A stretch of 45,433 nt of DNA from Syntrophales bacterium. GTDB taxonomy: Bacteria; Desulfobacterota; Syntrophia; Syntrophales; UBA8958. The notes under the pieces are model-generated. The model did not search any database, was not told the DNA's origin, and saw nothing but the letters and a program-made list of their open reading frames with translations. Shown here one piece after another: positions 1-9,027 of the stretch. The stretch is from the NCBI GenBank assembly GCA_023231165.1, contig JALNVY010000002.1, forward strand, positions 1 to 45,433, read 5' to 3'. A program made the position numbers and the translations under genes. The stretch's first letter is position 1. Each line of letters opens with the position of its first letter.

Positions 1-243
1 TGGTAACGGTGACATCTAAAATCAGCTTGACGGATGTAGAACTTTATGACAATAGAAAACACAACATAACATATCAACATCAATAAGAAAATCAGATTTT
101 GTTACGTATAGCTTCCTGAAATGTTGTTTTTTCCAATCAGCCCGTTCCTGCACCATTTCAATCGCAAATCCTTAACATCTAATTGCCATTCAATAATGTT
201 TGAAGTATAAGGAACACAGATTTCTAAATAGGGAGGTATTTCT

Positions 244-1836
244 ATGCAAGCCATGCCTATAAGAATCTTCCTTGTTCTGTTTATCCTTGCATTAGTCTAC
301 CCATCATCATTGTTGGCGACTACGGAACAGCGCACCGCCTTGGTCATCGGCAACGGCGCCTACAGTTCCGGTCCTCTGAAGAACCCGGTTAACGATGCCA
401 CGGATATGGCGGCTTCTCTCCAAAAACTCGGCTTCACTGTTATCCTGAAAAGGAACGCCAATCTTGAGACGATGGAGGAAGTTATGGAGGATTTCGGGAA
501 CCGGCTGAAACGAGGTGGCGTGGGTCTGTTTTATTATGCCGGTCATGGGGTTCAGGTGAATGGCGTCAACTACCTCATCCCCGTAGGGGCGAAAATCAAC
601 AAGGAGACGGATGTCCGGTTCAAGGCCTTTGATGCCGGACGGATCCTCGCCGAGATGGAGAACGCCAACAATGGCCTGAACATCGTTCTGTTGGATGCCT
701 GTCGTGATAACCCCTTCGGCAAGAGCTTTCGCAGCGCCTCCCGAGGGTTGGCCATTGTAAGTTCTGCGCCAGCAGGCACATTTATTTCATATTCCACCGG
801 TCCTGGCCAGGTAGCAAGAGACGGCGAAGGTCGAAACAGCCCTTACACAAAAGCTCTTCTTCAATATGTCCAGGAACCGGGTTTGACTATTGAGGATGTC
901 TTTAAGGGTGTTCGCCAGAAGCTGCGCAAAGAGACCGGGCAGGTACCTTGGGAGTTGTCTTCACTGGAGGGAAAGTTCTTCTTTGTCCCCGGTGAGACCA
1001 GTAAAACAGCAGAAGTGGTAAAAGAGACAGCCGCCACTCCCGCAGTGGAATTAGATCCCCAGAGAAGGGAGATTGAAGCAGAAAGGGAAAGGTTGCAGAA
1101 GCAGAGGGACCTGCTCGAACAGAAGGAGGCATTAGCGAAAGAGAAGGAAGAACTGGCCGAAAGAGAGAGGAAACTTGCGATAGCTGTACAACCCTCAGTA
1201 TCGGCGCATCAAATAAAAGAACTTGATGATAACTTTAGAAAGTTAGAAGAAGCAACGCAGGAATTTAAAATGTTGGAACACAAGTTTGATCCACGGACCC
1301 GCGAGATGATGCGGAAAGAACTGGAGTTACAGCGGGAGCTGCTTGTAGAACAGAGGAAGCGACTCGCCGTTGTGGATACGCGTCCCTTTACCACTATAGC
1401 GAAAGAGATCGGGAGAGATGGTCGTTTCATTGCCTATGACAACGGGACCGTTCTGGATACAAGGACAAGCCTGATGTGGGCGGCGAAGGATAACGGTTCA
1501 AATATCAACTGGCATGATGCCAAGAATTATTGCGAAAATTACCGTGGCGGTGGATATTCGGACTGGCGGATGCCGACGCAGGATGAACTGGCGGGGTTGC
1601 ATGACAAAAGCGTTGGATACACACCCGCATGCGCCGCAAGCGGTAATAATGACAAGGTGCAGTTGACTAATTTAATAACTATGAGTTGTTGGGCAGGGTG
1701 GGCTTCTGAAACGCGCAGGTCCGGGGCAGAATCACACGCTGCCGACTTCTATTTCGTCGATGGCGGCTACCGACGCTGGCTTTACCAGTCCGACGTCAAC
1801 CTCACCCGGGCCCTCCCGGTGCGTTCTGGCAAATAG
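244..1836 (+). CDS. Secreted caspase-family (peptidase C14) protein with coiled-coil middle and C-terminal DUF1566/Lcl-type domain
   Basis: 530-aa ORF with GGAGG 8 nt upstream of the ATG. Hydrophobic signal-like N-terminus (IFLVLFILALVYPSSLLA). Caspase hallmarks ALVIGNGAY, YYAGHG (His context) and LLDACRDNPF (Cys context). E/K/R-rich heptad-like stretch at aa ~270-380. C-terminal LMWAAKDNG..NW..AKNYC..GYSDWRMPTQDEL pattern typical of DUF1566. Confidence 0.8.
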   Translation: MQAMPIRIFLVLFILALVYPSSLLATTEQRTALVIGNGAYSSGPLKNPVNDATDMAASLQKLGFTVILKRNANLETMEEVMEDFGNRLKRGGVGLFYYAGHGVQVNGVNYLIPVGAKINKETDVRFKAFDAGRILAEMENANNGLNIVLLDACRDNPFGKSFRSASRGLAIVSSAPAGTFISYSTGPGQVARDGEGRNSPYTKALLQYVQEPGLTIEDVFKGVRQKLRKETGQVPWELSSLEGKFFFVPGETSKTAEVVKETAATPAVELDPQRREIEAERERLQKQRDLLEQKEALAKEKEELAERERKLAIAVQPSVSAHQIKELDDNFRKLEEATQEFKMLEHKFDPRTREMMRKELELQRELLVEQRKRLAVVDTRPFTTIAKEIGRDGRFIAYDNGTVLDTRTSLMWAAKDNGSNINWHDAKNYCENYRGGGYSDWRMPTQDELAGLHDKSVGYTPACAASGNNDKVQLTNLITMSCWAGWASETRRSGAESHAADFYFVDGGYRRWLYQSDVNLTRALPVRSGK

Positions 1837-1880
1837 ATTATTTGGTCATTTGGTTCTTTGATTATTTTCTTTTATCGGGT

Positions 1881-1910
1881 GCAGGGCGGAGCCTTGCGCC
1901 TTTCTTTTGT
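1881..1910 (+). terminator. Possible intrinsic terminator after the caspase-family gene
   Basis: Hairpin GCAGGGC-gga-GCCTTGC (one G-T pair) 45 nt after the stop, followed by the T-rich tract TTTCTTTTGT. Confidence 0.35.
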
Positions 1911-2072
1911 TAATCAGCAATTTTGTTATCAAGTGGTCATCGTTTAGTTGTAGATGACAGCAGTTTTTGGCATACGCCTGTTTTCCTTGGAAAAGTCTCG
2001 CTGATTACCGAAAGAAAGCCGTATGCAGGGCTCGCGAAAAATCATGTTAGATCATTCCTCCCTTCCGTGACG

Positions 2073-2255
2073 CTAGCACCATCCATCCAAAGGGTCGACG
2101 GGTTTCGCCTCCTGGATCATGACGCAGTCCGGGTGCCGATAGAACCACTGACCGCCCCCCTTGCATGTTGATATGATCACGTGAACGGGTTGCCCGCAGG
2201 ACCTGCAAGCGAAGGATTTGAGGTCGCGTAGCCCTTCCTCTTGCTTGACTGCCAT
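2073..2255 (-). CDS. Small CxxC...HPDC zinc-ribbon-like ORF overlapping the 3' end of topB in another frame (independent gene or frame-shifted TopB tail)
   Basis: 60-aa ORF MAVKQEEG..FACRSCGQPV..FYRHPDC. Its ATG lies inside the last CAQC zinc-ribbon codons of topB. No clear SD. Confidence 0.25.
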   Translation of the reverse strand: MAVKQEEGLRDLKSFACRSCGQPVHVIISTCKGGGQWFYRHPDCVMIQEAKPVDPLDGWC

Positions 2256-4366
2256 CTATTGCATTGAGCGCAGACCTTTCCACCGTTCCGGGTGGTTCGG
2301 ACTGGTCCCCGGCAGAATAGACAAATCTTCAGCGGTTTCCCTTCGGCATCTGAATCAAATGATACCTTGCATTCTGGCTTTGCGGAAGCGGCGCACTTCA
2401 CGTAGTAACGACCTGCCCAGTTGCGGAGACACAGGTTCGATCCGCACTTCGGGCAGGTTCCCACTACTGTGCCGAATACACGCCCGGTGGCGCCTTGTGA
2501 GGCCTTTTGTTTGATCTGTCCCACCAGTTCCGTCACGAAGGTCCGGATGCCGCTCATAAACTCATCCCGCTTGGCCTCGCCCCGGCGGATTCGCTCCAGG
2601 CGTGCTTCCCATTCGCCGGTCATCTGGGGGCTTTTCAGGGTCTCGGCCTTGATGGATTGGATCAACTCGATCCCCTTGGCCGTTGGCTGCAGGATGTTGC
2701 GTGTGCGCTCGACGAAATCGCGCTTCAGCAGCGTTTCGATGATGTTCGCCCGGGTGGCGGGTGTGCCCAGGCCGCAGTCCTTCATGGCGCCCTTCAGTTC
2801 TTCATCGTCCAGTTCCTTACCCGCGCTCTGCATAGCGCCCAGCAGGTCCCCTTCGGTCAGGCGCTTGGGGGGTGAGGTCTTGCCTGCCCTGGGAAAGAGA
2901 TCCTTCGTATCGACGGTTTCTTTCTTAACGACGGAAGGCAGCAAACCGGAGTCCTCGTCCTCTTCAGTCTCATCCTCTTCGGGGTTCTTTACCTTCGCCT
3001 TTTCTTTTTTCGGTCGGCCATGGGGTGGGTCAACGGCAGACCATCCCAACTCTTTCAAAACTGTGCCGGTGGTCTTGAAGGTCTCCTTCTCGATCTTCGT
3101 GATGATGGTGGTCTTGCCTTCGACACGGTCGGGGAAGTACGCGGCCAGGAAGCGGCGCGCGATCAGGTTGTACACCTTCAGGTGGTCACCCTGGATATTC
3201 TTTGCGGGGTTCTCCGTAGGTGTCAGCGCAGCGTGATCTTCCACCTCCTTGTCGTTCACGAAGCGCTTGTCAAGTTTCACTGGCCAGCGCTTCCGAAGCT
3301 CCCCGATGAAGGGTTGCAACTCTGCGAGTTGCCCCTGAGCGATGGCCTTGATCCAGCCCGCGGCTTTCTGGACGTCCGCTTCCGTCAGGTATCTGGAATT
3401 TGTGCGCGGGTAGCTGATGAGCTTGGATTCATAAAGCTCCTGCGCCACTTCCAGGGTGTGCTCTGCCGTGAACCCAAAGCGCTTGTTGGCCTCTTTCTGG
3501 AGATTGGTAAGGTCATACAGAAGCTCAGGCTTTTTCTTCTCCGTCCGGGAGGTGACCGAGGCAACGTTGCCGGGTAGGCCGGATAGCTTGTTCGCAATGG
3601 CCTTCGCATCCTCTTCGTGGTCGAACCGATCCTGATCCTTCCCATCCTGTTTGCGAAACCATTTGCCTCTGTAAGTACCACCCTTGGCTTGAAACGTAGC
3701 CCATAAGGTCCAGAAGTCCTTCGGTACGAAGTCCGTGATTTCCAGCTCGCGATTTACGAGGAGGGCCAACGTCGGTGTCTGCACGCGGCCGATAGAGTAA
3801 ACCCCGTCTCCTGCGGCTCGGCGCATGACCAGCGTCTGGGCTCGTGTGCAGTTGATGCCGACCAGCCAATCCGACTCCTGACGGCTACGCGCCGCATCCC
3901 GCAGTCCGCGGTAAGACTCACCCGGCTTCATCCGGGCATAGGCATCCCGGATGGCGTTATCCGTGAGGCTCGATGTCCAGAACCTCTGCACAGGCTTGGT
4001 GCATCCCGATAAGCGATAAACCAGATCAAAAATGAGCTCGCCTTCACGACCGGCGTCCGTCGCGTTCACGACATCCACCACATCGTCACGGGTCATGAGT
4101 TTTGCCACTACCTCGTATTGATCCCTGGTGGCCTCGATGGGGGAGTAAAGGAATGGTTCAGGGAAAAAAGGCACCGTGTCCAGCCGCCATACTTTGAGAT
4201 CGGGATTGTACCCTTCCGGACCCATAGCTTGCACTAGATGGCCAACACACCACGTAACGATGACATCAGCGCCCTGGATGAAGTTGCGCCCCGTCCCCTG
4301 AATGCCCAGGGCCGCCGCGATGGCACGGCCCATGCTGGGTTTTTCACTGATGATGATACGGGTCAT
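2177..4366 (-). CDS. topB: DNA topoisomerase III (type IA), plasmid/ICE-type
   Basis: 729 aa. N-terminal TOPRIM (IIISEKPSMGRAIAAAL, NATDAGREGE). Type IA active-site Tyr region ISYPRTNSRYL. C-terminal CxxC zinc ribbons (CPKCGS.., CLFCRG..CAQC). Confidence 0.9.
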   Translation of the reverse strand: MTRIIISEKPSMGRAIAAALGIQGTGRNFIQGADVIVTWCVGHLVQAMGPEGYNPDLKVWRLDTVPFFPEPFLYSPIEATRDQYEVVAKLMTRDDVVDVVNATDAGREGELIFDLVYRLSGCTKPVQRFWTSSLTDNAIRDAYARMKPGESYRGLRDAARSRQESDWLVGINCTRAQTLVMRRAAGDGVYSIGRVQTPTLALLVNRELEITDFVPKDFWTLWATFQAKGGTYRGKWFRKQDGKDQDRFDHEEDAKAIANKLSGLPGNVASVTSRTEKKKPELLYDLTNLQKEANKRFGFTAEHTLEVAQELYESKLISYPRTNSRYLTEADVQKAAGWIKAIAQGQLAELQPFIGELRKRWPVKLDKRFVNDKEVEDHAALTPTENPAKNIQGDHLKVYNLIARRFLAAYFPDRVEGKTTIITKIEKETFKTTGTVLKELGWSAVDPPHGRPKKEKAKVKNPEEDETEEDEDSGLLPSVVKKETVDTKDLFPRAGKTSPPKRLTEGDLLGAMQSAGKELDDEELKGAMKDCGLGTPATRANIIETLLKRDFVERTRNILQPTAKGIELIQSIKAETLKSPQMTGEWEARLERIRRGEAKRDEFMSGIRTFVTELVGQIKQKASQGATGRVFGTVVGTCPKCGSNLCLRNWAGRYYVKCAASAKPECKVSFDSDAEGKPLKICLFCRGPVRTTRNGGKVCAQCNRWQSSKRKGYATSNPSLAGPAGNPFT

Positions 4367-4652
4367 CTAGTTTCTTCTTTGATTTTGATAAGATCGACCG
4401 GGTTTCTTACGAAATGGCGATACGTGAGCCTCATTAATGGCTCGCTAAATGTCGAAAGGGAAATCCTTGCAGAGTAGGGCAGGGTGCTTGGTGTCGCCAA
4501 GATGATCATTTTATTCTTCACTCATTCAAGGATAGCAGGATCGCCAAGAAATATCAATATGGAAGTCTAAACCACTATTTCATGGTATCCTCCACTTGAA
4601 GAAAGTCGGCAAATGCGATCAGATCGTAGAGTTGAACAGGTGGACAGACAGA

Positions 4653-5219
4653 TCAAGATGACGTCCTATCAGACAGTAGCATGTTGTATCGTTCGCTCTG
4701 ACGGGTCGTCCGCTTGTACCTGGGTTTTTGCGTTGTTGCCTGGTTTTTTCGTTTCTGCGACGTACCAGTTTTTGCTATTCGCTGCATCAACCTGTGTTTT
4801 ATCCGTTGCATGTCTCGTACGTAAAGTCCGACCATCCTTTCGTCTTGCTTCGTGATCAGTGCATACTCGTATGCCATTTGTCTCGGCGCAATCTCCATAT
4901 CCGTGTTAATTAGCCTGCTCTCTGCCCACTTCTCCATCTTCGGACCCGCATATAGAACCTTCGCCAGATTTCTTAACAGATCAATAGCCATATCCTTTTT
5001 GCGGAGAGTGTTTGCCACCGTATTCAACCAGTACACAGTCAACTCAGATTGCGCGCTGACATCCATGCCAGCAATATGCGCCATCAAAGATTTCAATAAC
5101 CGATGCCGATCAAGATCCGTCAGGAACATGTGGCGGTTTTCTCCTTTAGGGACACATAGCCAGTCGATAGTTTGTTCTATCCGTGCCAGGAATTTTCTCT
5201 TGTATTCGTCGTTTTGCAT
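4653..5219 (-). CDS. Hypothetical protein with basic C-terminal tail
   Basis: 188-aa ORF with GAGGAA 7 nt upstream of the ATG. Co-directional with topB. No recognisable motif. Confidence 0.55.
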   Translation of the reverse strand: MQNDEYKRKFLARIEQTIDWLCVPKGENRHMFLTDLDRHRLLKSLMAHIAGMDVSAQSELTVYWLNTVANTLRKKDMAIDLLRNLAKVLYAGPKMEKWAESRLINTDMEIAPRQMAYEYALITKQDERMVGLYVRDMQRIKHRLMQRIAKTGTSQKRKNQATTQKPRYKRTTRQSERYNMLLSDRTSS

Positions 5220-5652
5220 TTTTATTTCCTCAATGATCTCCTTGATTCTTTGTTTAGAGTATCTTTTTCCGGTTCACGTTCTTGTTAAACATTGGCCAGA
5301 TGAGACATCCCCTGCTTGCCCAACATAGACCCGTTTGGACTTCCGGGGGAATCCGAGTCTCGCTCGGGGGAAAACCGTCATTAGCGCTCCCTTTTTTGGC
5401 TTATACATAAGTATATTCTTCCTCTCTAATCAGCATATTACTAATGTAAGCGCAAAAAATCCTTCCCGCCATTGCCGGTCAATATTCAATATTTAACAGA
5501 CAAACAGGAAAGGATAGGAAGTGGACTATTCAATTGATGCTCTGGGATACAAAAGATATGTCATGCCCTTGGACAATCAAGAGCATGTCGGAGCAAGGTG
5601 TGGGATCACCTCAAGAAACCCATATTTCGTTGTGGATGTGCTTTCGCGGACC

Positions 5653-5694
5653 CACGGTCTACTTAAAAATACTATTTGATTGAATACTACTTCC
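5653..5694 (-). promoter_or_regulatory. Partial third copy of the promoter-like part of the ssb/primase leader element (GGAAGTAGTA-N10-TAGTATTTT)
   Basis: The reverse complement GGAAGTAGTATTCAATCAAATAGTATTTTTAAGTAGACCGTG aligns with the 5' 42 nt of elements at 11374-11494 and 29171-29292. It lies 20 nt outside the IS3 end and faces orf 4653-5219/topB. Confidence 0.4.
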
Positions 5695-5782
5695 GGGCAG
5701 GGGAACGGGAAGACAGAGGTGGTCGGGGTTGTTTGGACAGGAGACAGGTTTTTATAAGTGGGAAATTGCCCTTGGTTCATGA

Positions 5783-6613
5783 TCATGCCGCAGCCTGTCT
5801 CTGCGATTGTGTCCCGAAGTAAACCATAGCAGGTGTCTTCCTGTCAAAGTTATTATGCCATCTCTTTTCGTTGTAGAATTTGAAGTAGCTGGCAAGTCCG
5901 CTTTTCACCTCCGTCATTGAAGAATATGCCTTCAGATAAATGTCCTCGTACTTAACGCTTTTCCATAACCGTTCGATAAAAACGTTGTCCATCCATCGGC
6001 CCTTCCCATCCATACTGATGGCAATATCGTTTGATCGAAGGGTATTCGTAAATGCTTCTGCTGTGAACTGACTGCCTTGATCCGTGTTGAATATATCCGG
6101 ACAACCATATTTTGCGATAGCTTCTTCCAGGGCATCGGTACAGAATGCACCGTCCAGAGTATTGGAAAGCCGCCAGGAAAGAACCATCCGGCTCGCCCAG
6201 TCCATGATCGCTACGAGGTAGCAAAACCCTCTTGCCATGGGAATGTAGGTGATGTCGGCCGCCCACACATGATTCTCCCTGCTGATCTCGAAACCCTTGA
6301 GAAGATAAGGGTACTTCAAATGTCCAGGATGTGCCAACGACAGCCTCGGCTTTACGTAGAGCGCTTCAATGCCCATCCGGCGCATCAAACGACGTACTCG
6401 GTCACGTCCGATATCATAACCCTTGGCCCACAGCTCATCGCGGATCTTCCGGCTGCCATAGAACGGATAGGCAAGATGAATCTCATCAATCTGACGCATC
6501 AACTCCATATCCATTGCACTGATGGGAACTGGAGTATAGTAAAAACCGGATCGGGAAAGGTTCAGAATCGCACATTGCCGTTTCACTGGAAGTTCGTCTG
6601 TCCTGTCGATCAT
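5783..6613 (-). CDS. IS3-family transposase OrfB (DDE/rve integrase core)
   Basis: 276 aa. DDE context WAADITYI, FNTDQGSQFT, ERLWKSVKYE. The ATG overlaps the OrfA stop (ATGA). Confidence 0.9.
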   Translation of the reverse strand: MIDRTDELPVKRQCAILNLSRSGFYYTPVPISAMDMELMRQIDEIHLAYPFYGSRKIRDELWAKGYDIGRDRVRRLMRRMGIEALYVKPRLSLAHPGHLKYPYLLKGFEISRENHVWAADITYIPMARGFCYLVAIMDWASRMVLSWRLSNTLDGAFCTDALEEAIAKYGCPDIFNTDQGSQFTAEAFTNTLRSNDIAISMDGKGRWMDNVFIERLWKSVKYEDIYLKAYSSMTEVKSGLASYFKFYNEKRWHNNFDRKTPAMVYFGTQSQRQAAA

Positions 6614-6954
6614 CTCTTTGCGCTCGCATCGCCGATGCGACCGAGCGCGCTTGATAAAAAATCATTTTCCATCGAAAGTTGTCCAATTTTGGCATGAAGA
6701 TCTTTCACGACCGGCCCTTGATCTGGTTTCCGCTCCTTGCAGTATATTTCCTCTGCATGCGCCAAAAGCTGCTTCTTCCACTCTGTAATCTGATTCGGAT
6801 GAACTTGGTAACGCTCGGCAAGCTCAACGATCGTCTGATCCCCCTTCTGAGCCTCCAAGGCCACCTTGGCCTTGAACGCCGGTGCATGATTCCGTCTTGG
6901 TCTTTTGCTCATTTGCTGATCCTCCTGGGATTCATTATAGAGCAATCCTCCCAC
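6610..6954 (-). CDS. IS3-family transposase OrfA (HTH)
   Basis: 114 aa. RRNHAPAFKAKVALEAQKGDQTIVELAERYQVHPNQITEWKKQ is a typical IS3 OrfA HTH/leucine-zipper region. Confidence 0.9.
   Translation of the reverse strand: MGGLLYNESQEDQQMSKRPRRNHAPAFKAKVALEAQKGDQTIVELAERYQVHPNQITEWKKQLLAHAEEIYCKERKPDQGPVVKDLHAKIGQLSMENDFLSSALGRIGDASAKR
6655..6661 (-). other. Putative programmed -1 frameshift heptamer T_TTT_TTA producing an OrfAB fusion
   Basis: On the minus strand, GAT TTT TTA in the OrfA frame. The -1 frame has a TGA just upstream and is open from TTT TTT ATC through the OrfB ATG. This is the classic IS3 arrangement. Confidence 0.55.
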
Positions 6955-7136
6955 TTATGCACCTGTCCAGTTTTGCCAGACCCGCTCTGACGATAATTAC
7001 TTCTTTTCAGGCCGGAAGCAAAGAGTTCAATGTGTGCGAAAGAGATTCAAGGAGACGCGATGTGCATGAAAGAGGCTCATTTTCGGTGCTTATGATGCAC
7101 TTTTGATCACTATCCCTGCCTATTTAGCACCACCCG

Positions 7137-7167
7137 GGAAGTAGTATCGTATCGAAGGATATATAAT
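7137..7167 (+). promoter_or_regulatory. Promoter-like region for the partition operon (GGAAGTAGTA box plus TATAAT)
   Basis: GGAAGTAGTA at 7137-7146 and TATAAT at 7162-7167, 30 nt upstream of the parM-like ATG. AGGAGG SD at 7185-7190. Confidence 0.4.
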
Positions 7168-7196
7168 CCCAAAATCACGTTCACAGGAGGATTTGC

Positions 7197-8144
7197 ATGG
7201 ACAATGTAATTGGAATCGACATCGGTTACGGACAAACGAAAACTTTTACCTCAGCAGGTGCTAAGGGATTCCCGACGACTGTTACTTCAATGGTGCCAGA
7301 GGAAACCTTCGGGAAGATCAGACCCATCGAAATCAACGGCGAGAAATTCCTTGTAGGGGACGATGCCATATCGAAGTGGGTAATCGACACCCGGACAACA
7401 GGTTTCTTAGGGTCAAATGCCTGGCTTGCTCCGCTCGGCCTCTCACTCATTCTCAACGGTTTGGATCCTGTTGATGTCAAAGAGGGACATATCGTTCTTG
7501 GTATCCCGCCGGGAGAGTATACAAAAGATGAGGCCCGGAAGATCATCAATCTGGTTAGATCATCAACGATTTCTCAAAATGGGCAAATCTATGATTTACG
7601 TGGTGCGGATGTATCTGTCATACCGCAGGGTGCTGGAATATATTTCGCCTACCTTTCCGGCGGTCTGGACGGCACGGCAAGGGATAAAAACATAGCTGTT
7701 GTCGATATAGGACACTACACAATCGATATGGTGTTTTTCGCAAAGGGAAAATACATCGAGGATGCAACGAACAGCATTCCGATGGGGGTGTCGCTACTGC
7801 TGGATGATATATGTGCAGTTTTTAAAAGGCAGCATAAGTGGTCCATCAACCACCAAACAGCGGGAAAACTGCTCGCCAACGGAGAGATCACCATCCTCCA
7901 AGATGTATACCGGTTGGAGCAGATGCCAACGATTCTTCAAGCATATACAGACAAGGTAGCGTCCCTTATCGACAGGTTCTTCGAGGGCCTGCCGGAAAAA
8001 CCAGACATCGGCATTGCAGGCGGCGGCGGGGTGCTGGCCCTGAAAGGCAATATCAAGCTCCGACACAAGTTTTATATCATACCAGATCCTGTTGCCGCCA
8101 ATGCCAGAGGTTACTACCATTACGGCTTGCAGAGGAAAGCATAA
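7197..8144 (+). CDS. parM: ParM/StbA-type actin-like plasmid segregation ATPase
   Basis: 315 aa. Actin-fold motifs GIDIGYGQTK (phosphate 1), VVDIGHYTIDM (phosphate 2), GIAGGGG (adenosine). Confidence 0.8.
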   Translation: MDNVIGIDIGYGQTKTFTSAGAKGFPTTVTSMVPEETFGKIRPIEINGEKFLVGDDAISKWVIDTRTTGFLGSNAWLAPLGLSLILNGLDPVDVKEGHIVLGIPPGEYTKDEARKIINLVRSSTISQNGQIYDLRGADVSVIPQGAGIYFAYLSGGLDGTARDKNIAVVDIGHYTIDMVFFAKGKYIEDATNSIPMGVSLLLDDICAVFKRQHKWSINHQTAGKLLANGEITILQDVYRLEQMPTILQAYTDKVASLIDRFFEGLPEKPDIGIAGGGGVLALKGNIKLRHKFYIIPDPVAANARGYYHYGLQRKA

Positions 8145-8431
8145 TGAAACGATATACCTTCAGGATCGACGAGAAAGAAGACCGCGACATTACCGATCTC
8201 CTGGACAGTATCCCAAAGCCGCTCAGGGGAATGTATATAAAGTTCGCCTTGCGGCTGGGTATTAACCGGGAAAAAGACAAGGATATATTGGCTCTACCGA
8301 ATCTCTGTGAACCCTATTTCCGATTTGAGCTGGTCAAGGAGGGGCTAAGACATTTGATCAAGGCGCAGGGTCAACCCCAAACCCTGGCCACTCCTGTAAA
8401 TGAACTACAGGCATTTGGGACAGAGGATTGA
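8144..8431 (+). CDS. Small protein in the ParR position (putative centromere-binding adaptor)
   Basis: 95-aa ORF whose ATG overlaps the parM-like stop (TAATG). The call rests on position only, with no diagnostic motif. Confidence 0.5.
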   Translation: MKRYTFRIDEKEDRDITDLLDSIPKPLRGMYIKFALRLGINREKDKDILALPNLCEPYFRFELVKEGLRHLIKAQGQPQTLATPVNELQAFGTED

Positions 8432-8485
8432 CGGAAGGCGGTGGCGAATTAACCTGACAGCGGTTGATTACTATCAATCCAGACG

Positions 8486-8521
8486 AAAAAAAAGGGAGAG
8501 GCCGAAGCCTCTCCCTTTTTT
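8486..8521. terminator. Bidirectional intrinsic terminator between convergent operons
   Basis: A8-GGGAGAGGC-cgaa-GCCTCTCCC-T6: a perfect 9-bp stem flanked by A and T runs. Confidence 0.7.
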
Positions 8522-8903
8522 AATATACGGTATACTGGTCCATAAAAGACCGGAATTGCTCGATGATGTTAGGATCTAACCTGTCCATGATGAGCCGGTA
8601 TTTTTCTTTCCCGCAATGCGGGGCCTTTTCCTGTCCCGACATCCAGAGGCAATGTTTGACCATGTCATTACGGACATCGGGGACATTGTGGCGTTTGCAC
8701 TCCAGGCGCCCCCTGTAAAAATGGCCATCCTCATAACAGATGGTGTAGAATACCTTATGGTATCCATGACCATCTGCTGGAAATGTGTTCCACTGCCACT
8801 GTAGCCAGGCAGACGCCGCTTCCCTGTCGGGGAATGTCCTTGTGACACAAAGTTTAGTGGGGCCTTCCGCTCTTTCGATGGTAACATTTTTAACGGGGAT
8901 CAT
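8520..8903 (-). CDS. Hypothetical protein (Cys/His/Trp-rich)
   Basis: Start moved to the internal ATG 8903 (MIPVKNV..), which has GGGGAGG 7 nt upstream. 127 aa. Confidence 0.6.
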   Translation of the reverse strand: MIPVKNVTIERAEGPTKLCVTRTFPDREAASAWLQWQWNTFPADGHGYHKVFYTICYEDGHFYRGRLECKRHNVPDVRNDMVKHCLWMSGQEKAPHCGKEKYRLIMDRLDPNIIEQFRSFMDQYTVY

Positions 8904-9027
8904 GTTGTACCTCCCCTTGCTGTATCTCACCATCAGTGTATCCTTCCGCAACAAGCTTGGCAATATGGTCACGATCAGTATCGTTCAACGGAATTGTCGC
9001 TTCTATGTGCCACCATCCTCGCTTCAT
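8890..9027 (-). CDS. 45-aa coupled small ORF (below the ORF-track cutoff)
   Basis: ATG overlaps the upstream stop (ATGA at 9024-9027), with GGAGG 7 nt upstream. Sequence MKRGWWHIEATIPLNDTDRDHIAKLVAEGYTDGEIQQGEVQHDPR. Confidence 0.35.
   Translation of the reverse strand: MKRGWWHIEATIPLNDTDRDHIAKLVAEGYTDGEIQQGEVQHDPR

Larger units (their letters stand above)
5714..6989 (-). mobile_element. IS3-family insertion sequence (about 1.28 kb)
   Basis: OrfA/OrfB lie in 0/-1 frames. Imperfect terminal inverted repeats: 5714-5760 (CAGAGGTGGTC..TGGACAGG..ATAAGTGGG) against the reverse complement of 6945-6989 (CAGAGCGGGTC..TGGACAGG..ATAAGTGGG). Exact ends and target-site duplication are not resolved. Confidence 0.8.

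Noticed and set aside
2218-3869. Several long ORFs overlapping topB in other frames on both strands (for example 2421-3236 and 3020-3577 on the plus strand, 3525-3869 on the minus strand).
   Set aside because: These are shadow ORFs inside a well-supported gene. They have biased low-complexity composition (Ser/Arg/Pro-rich) and no SDs.
5577-5786. 69-aa ORF at the edge of the IS.
   Set aside because: It spans the IS terminal inverted repeat and the promoter-like box, so it is non-coding by context.
8890-9027. LuxR/GerE-type HTH resemblance (..DHIAKLVAEGYTDGEI..) in the 45-aa ORF.
   Set aside because: The ORF ends before a complete HTH could form, so the similarity is probably coincidental.
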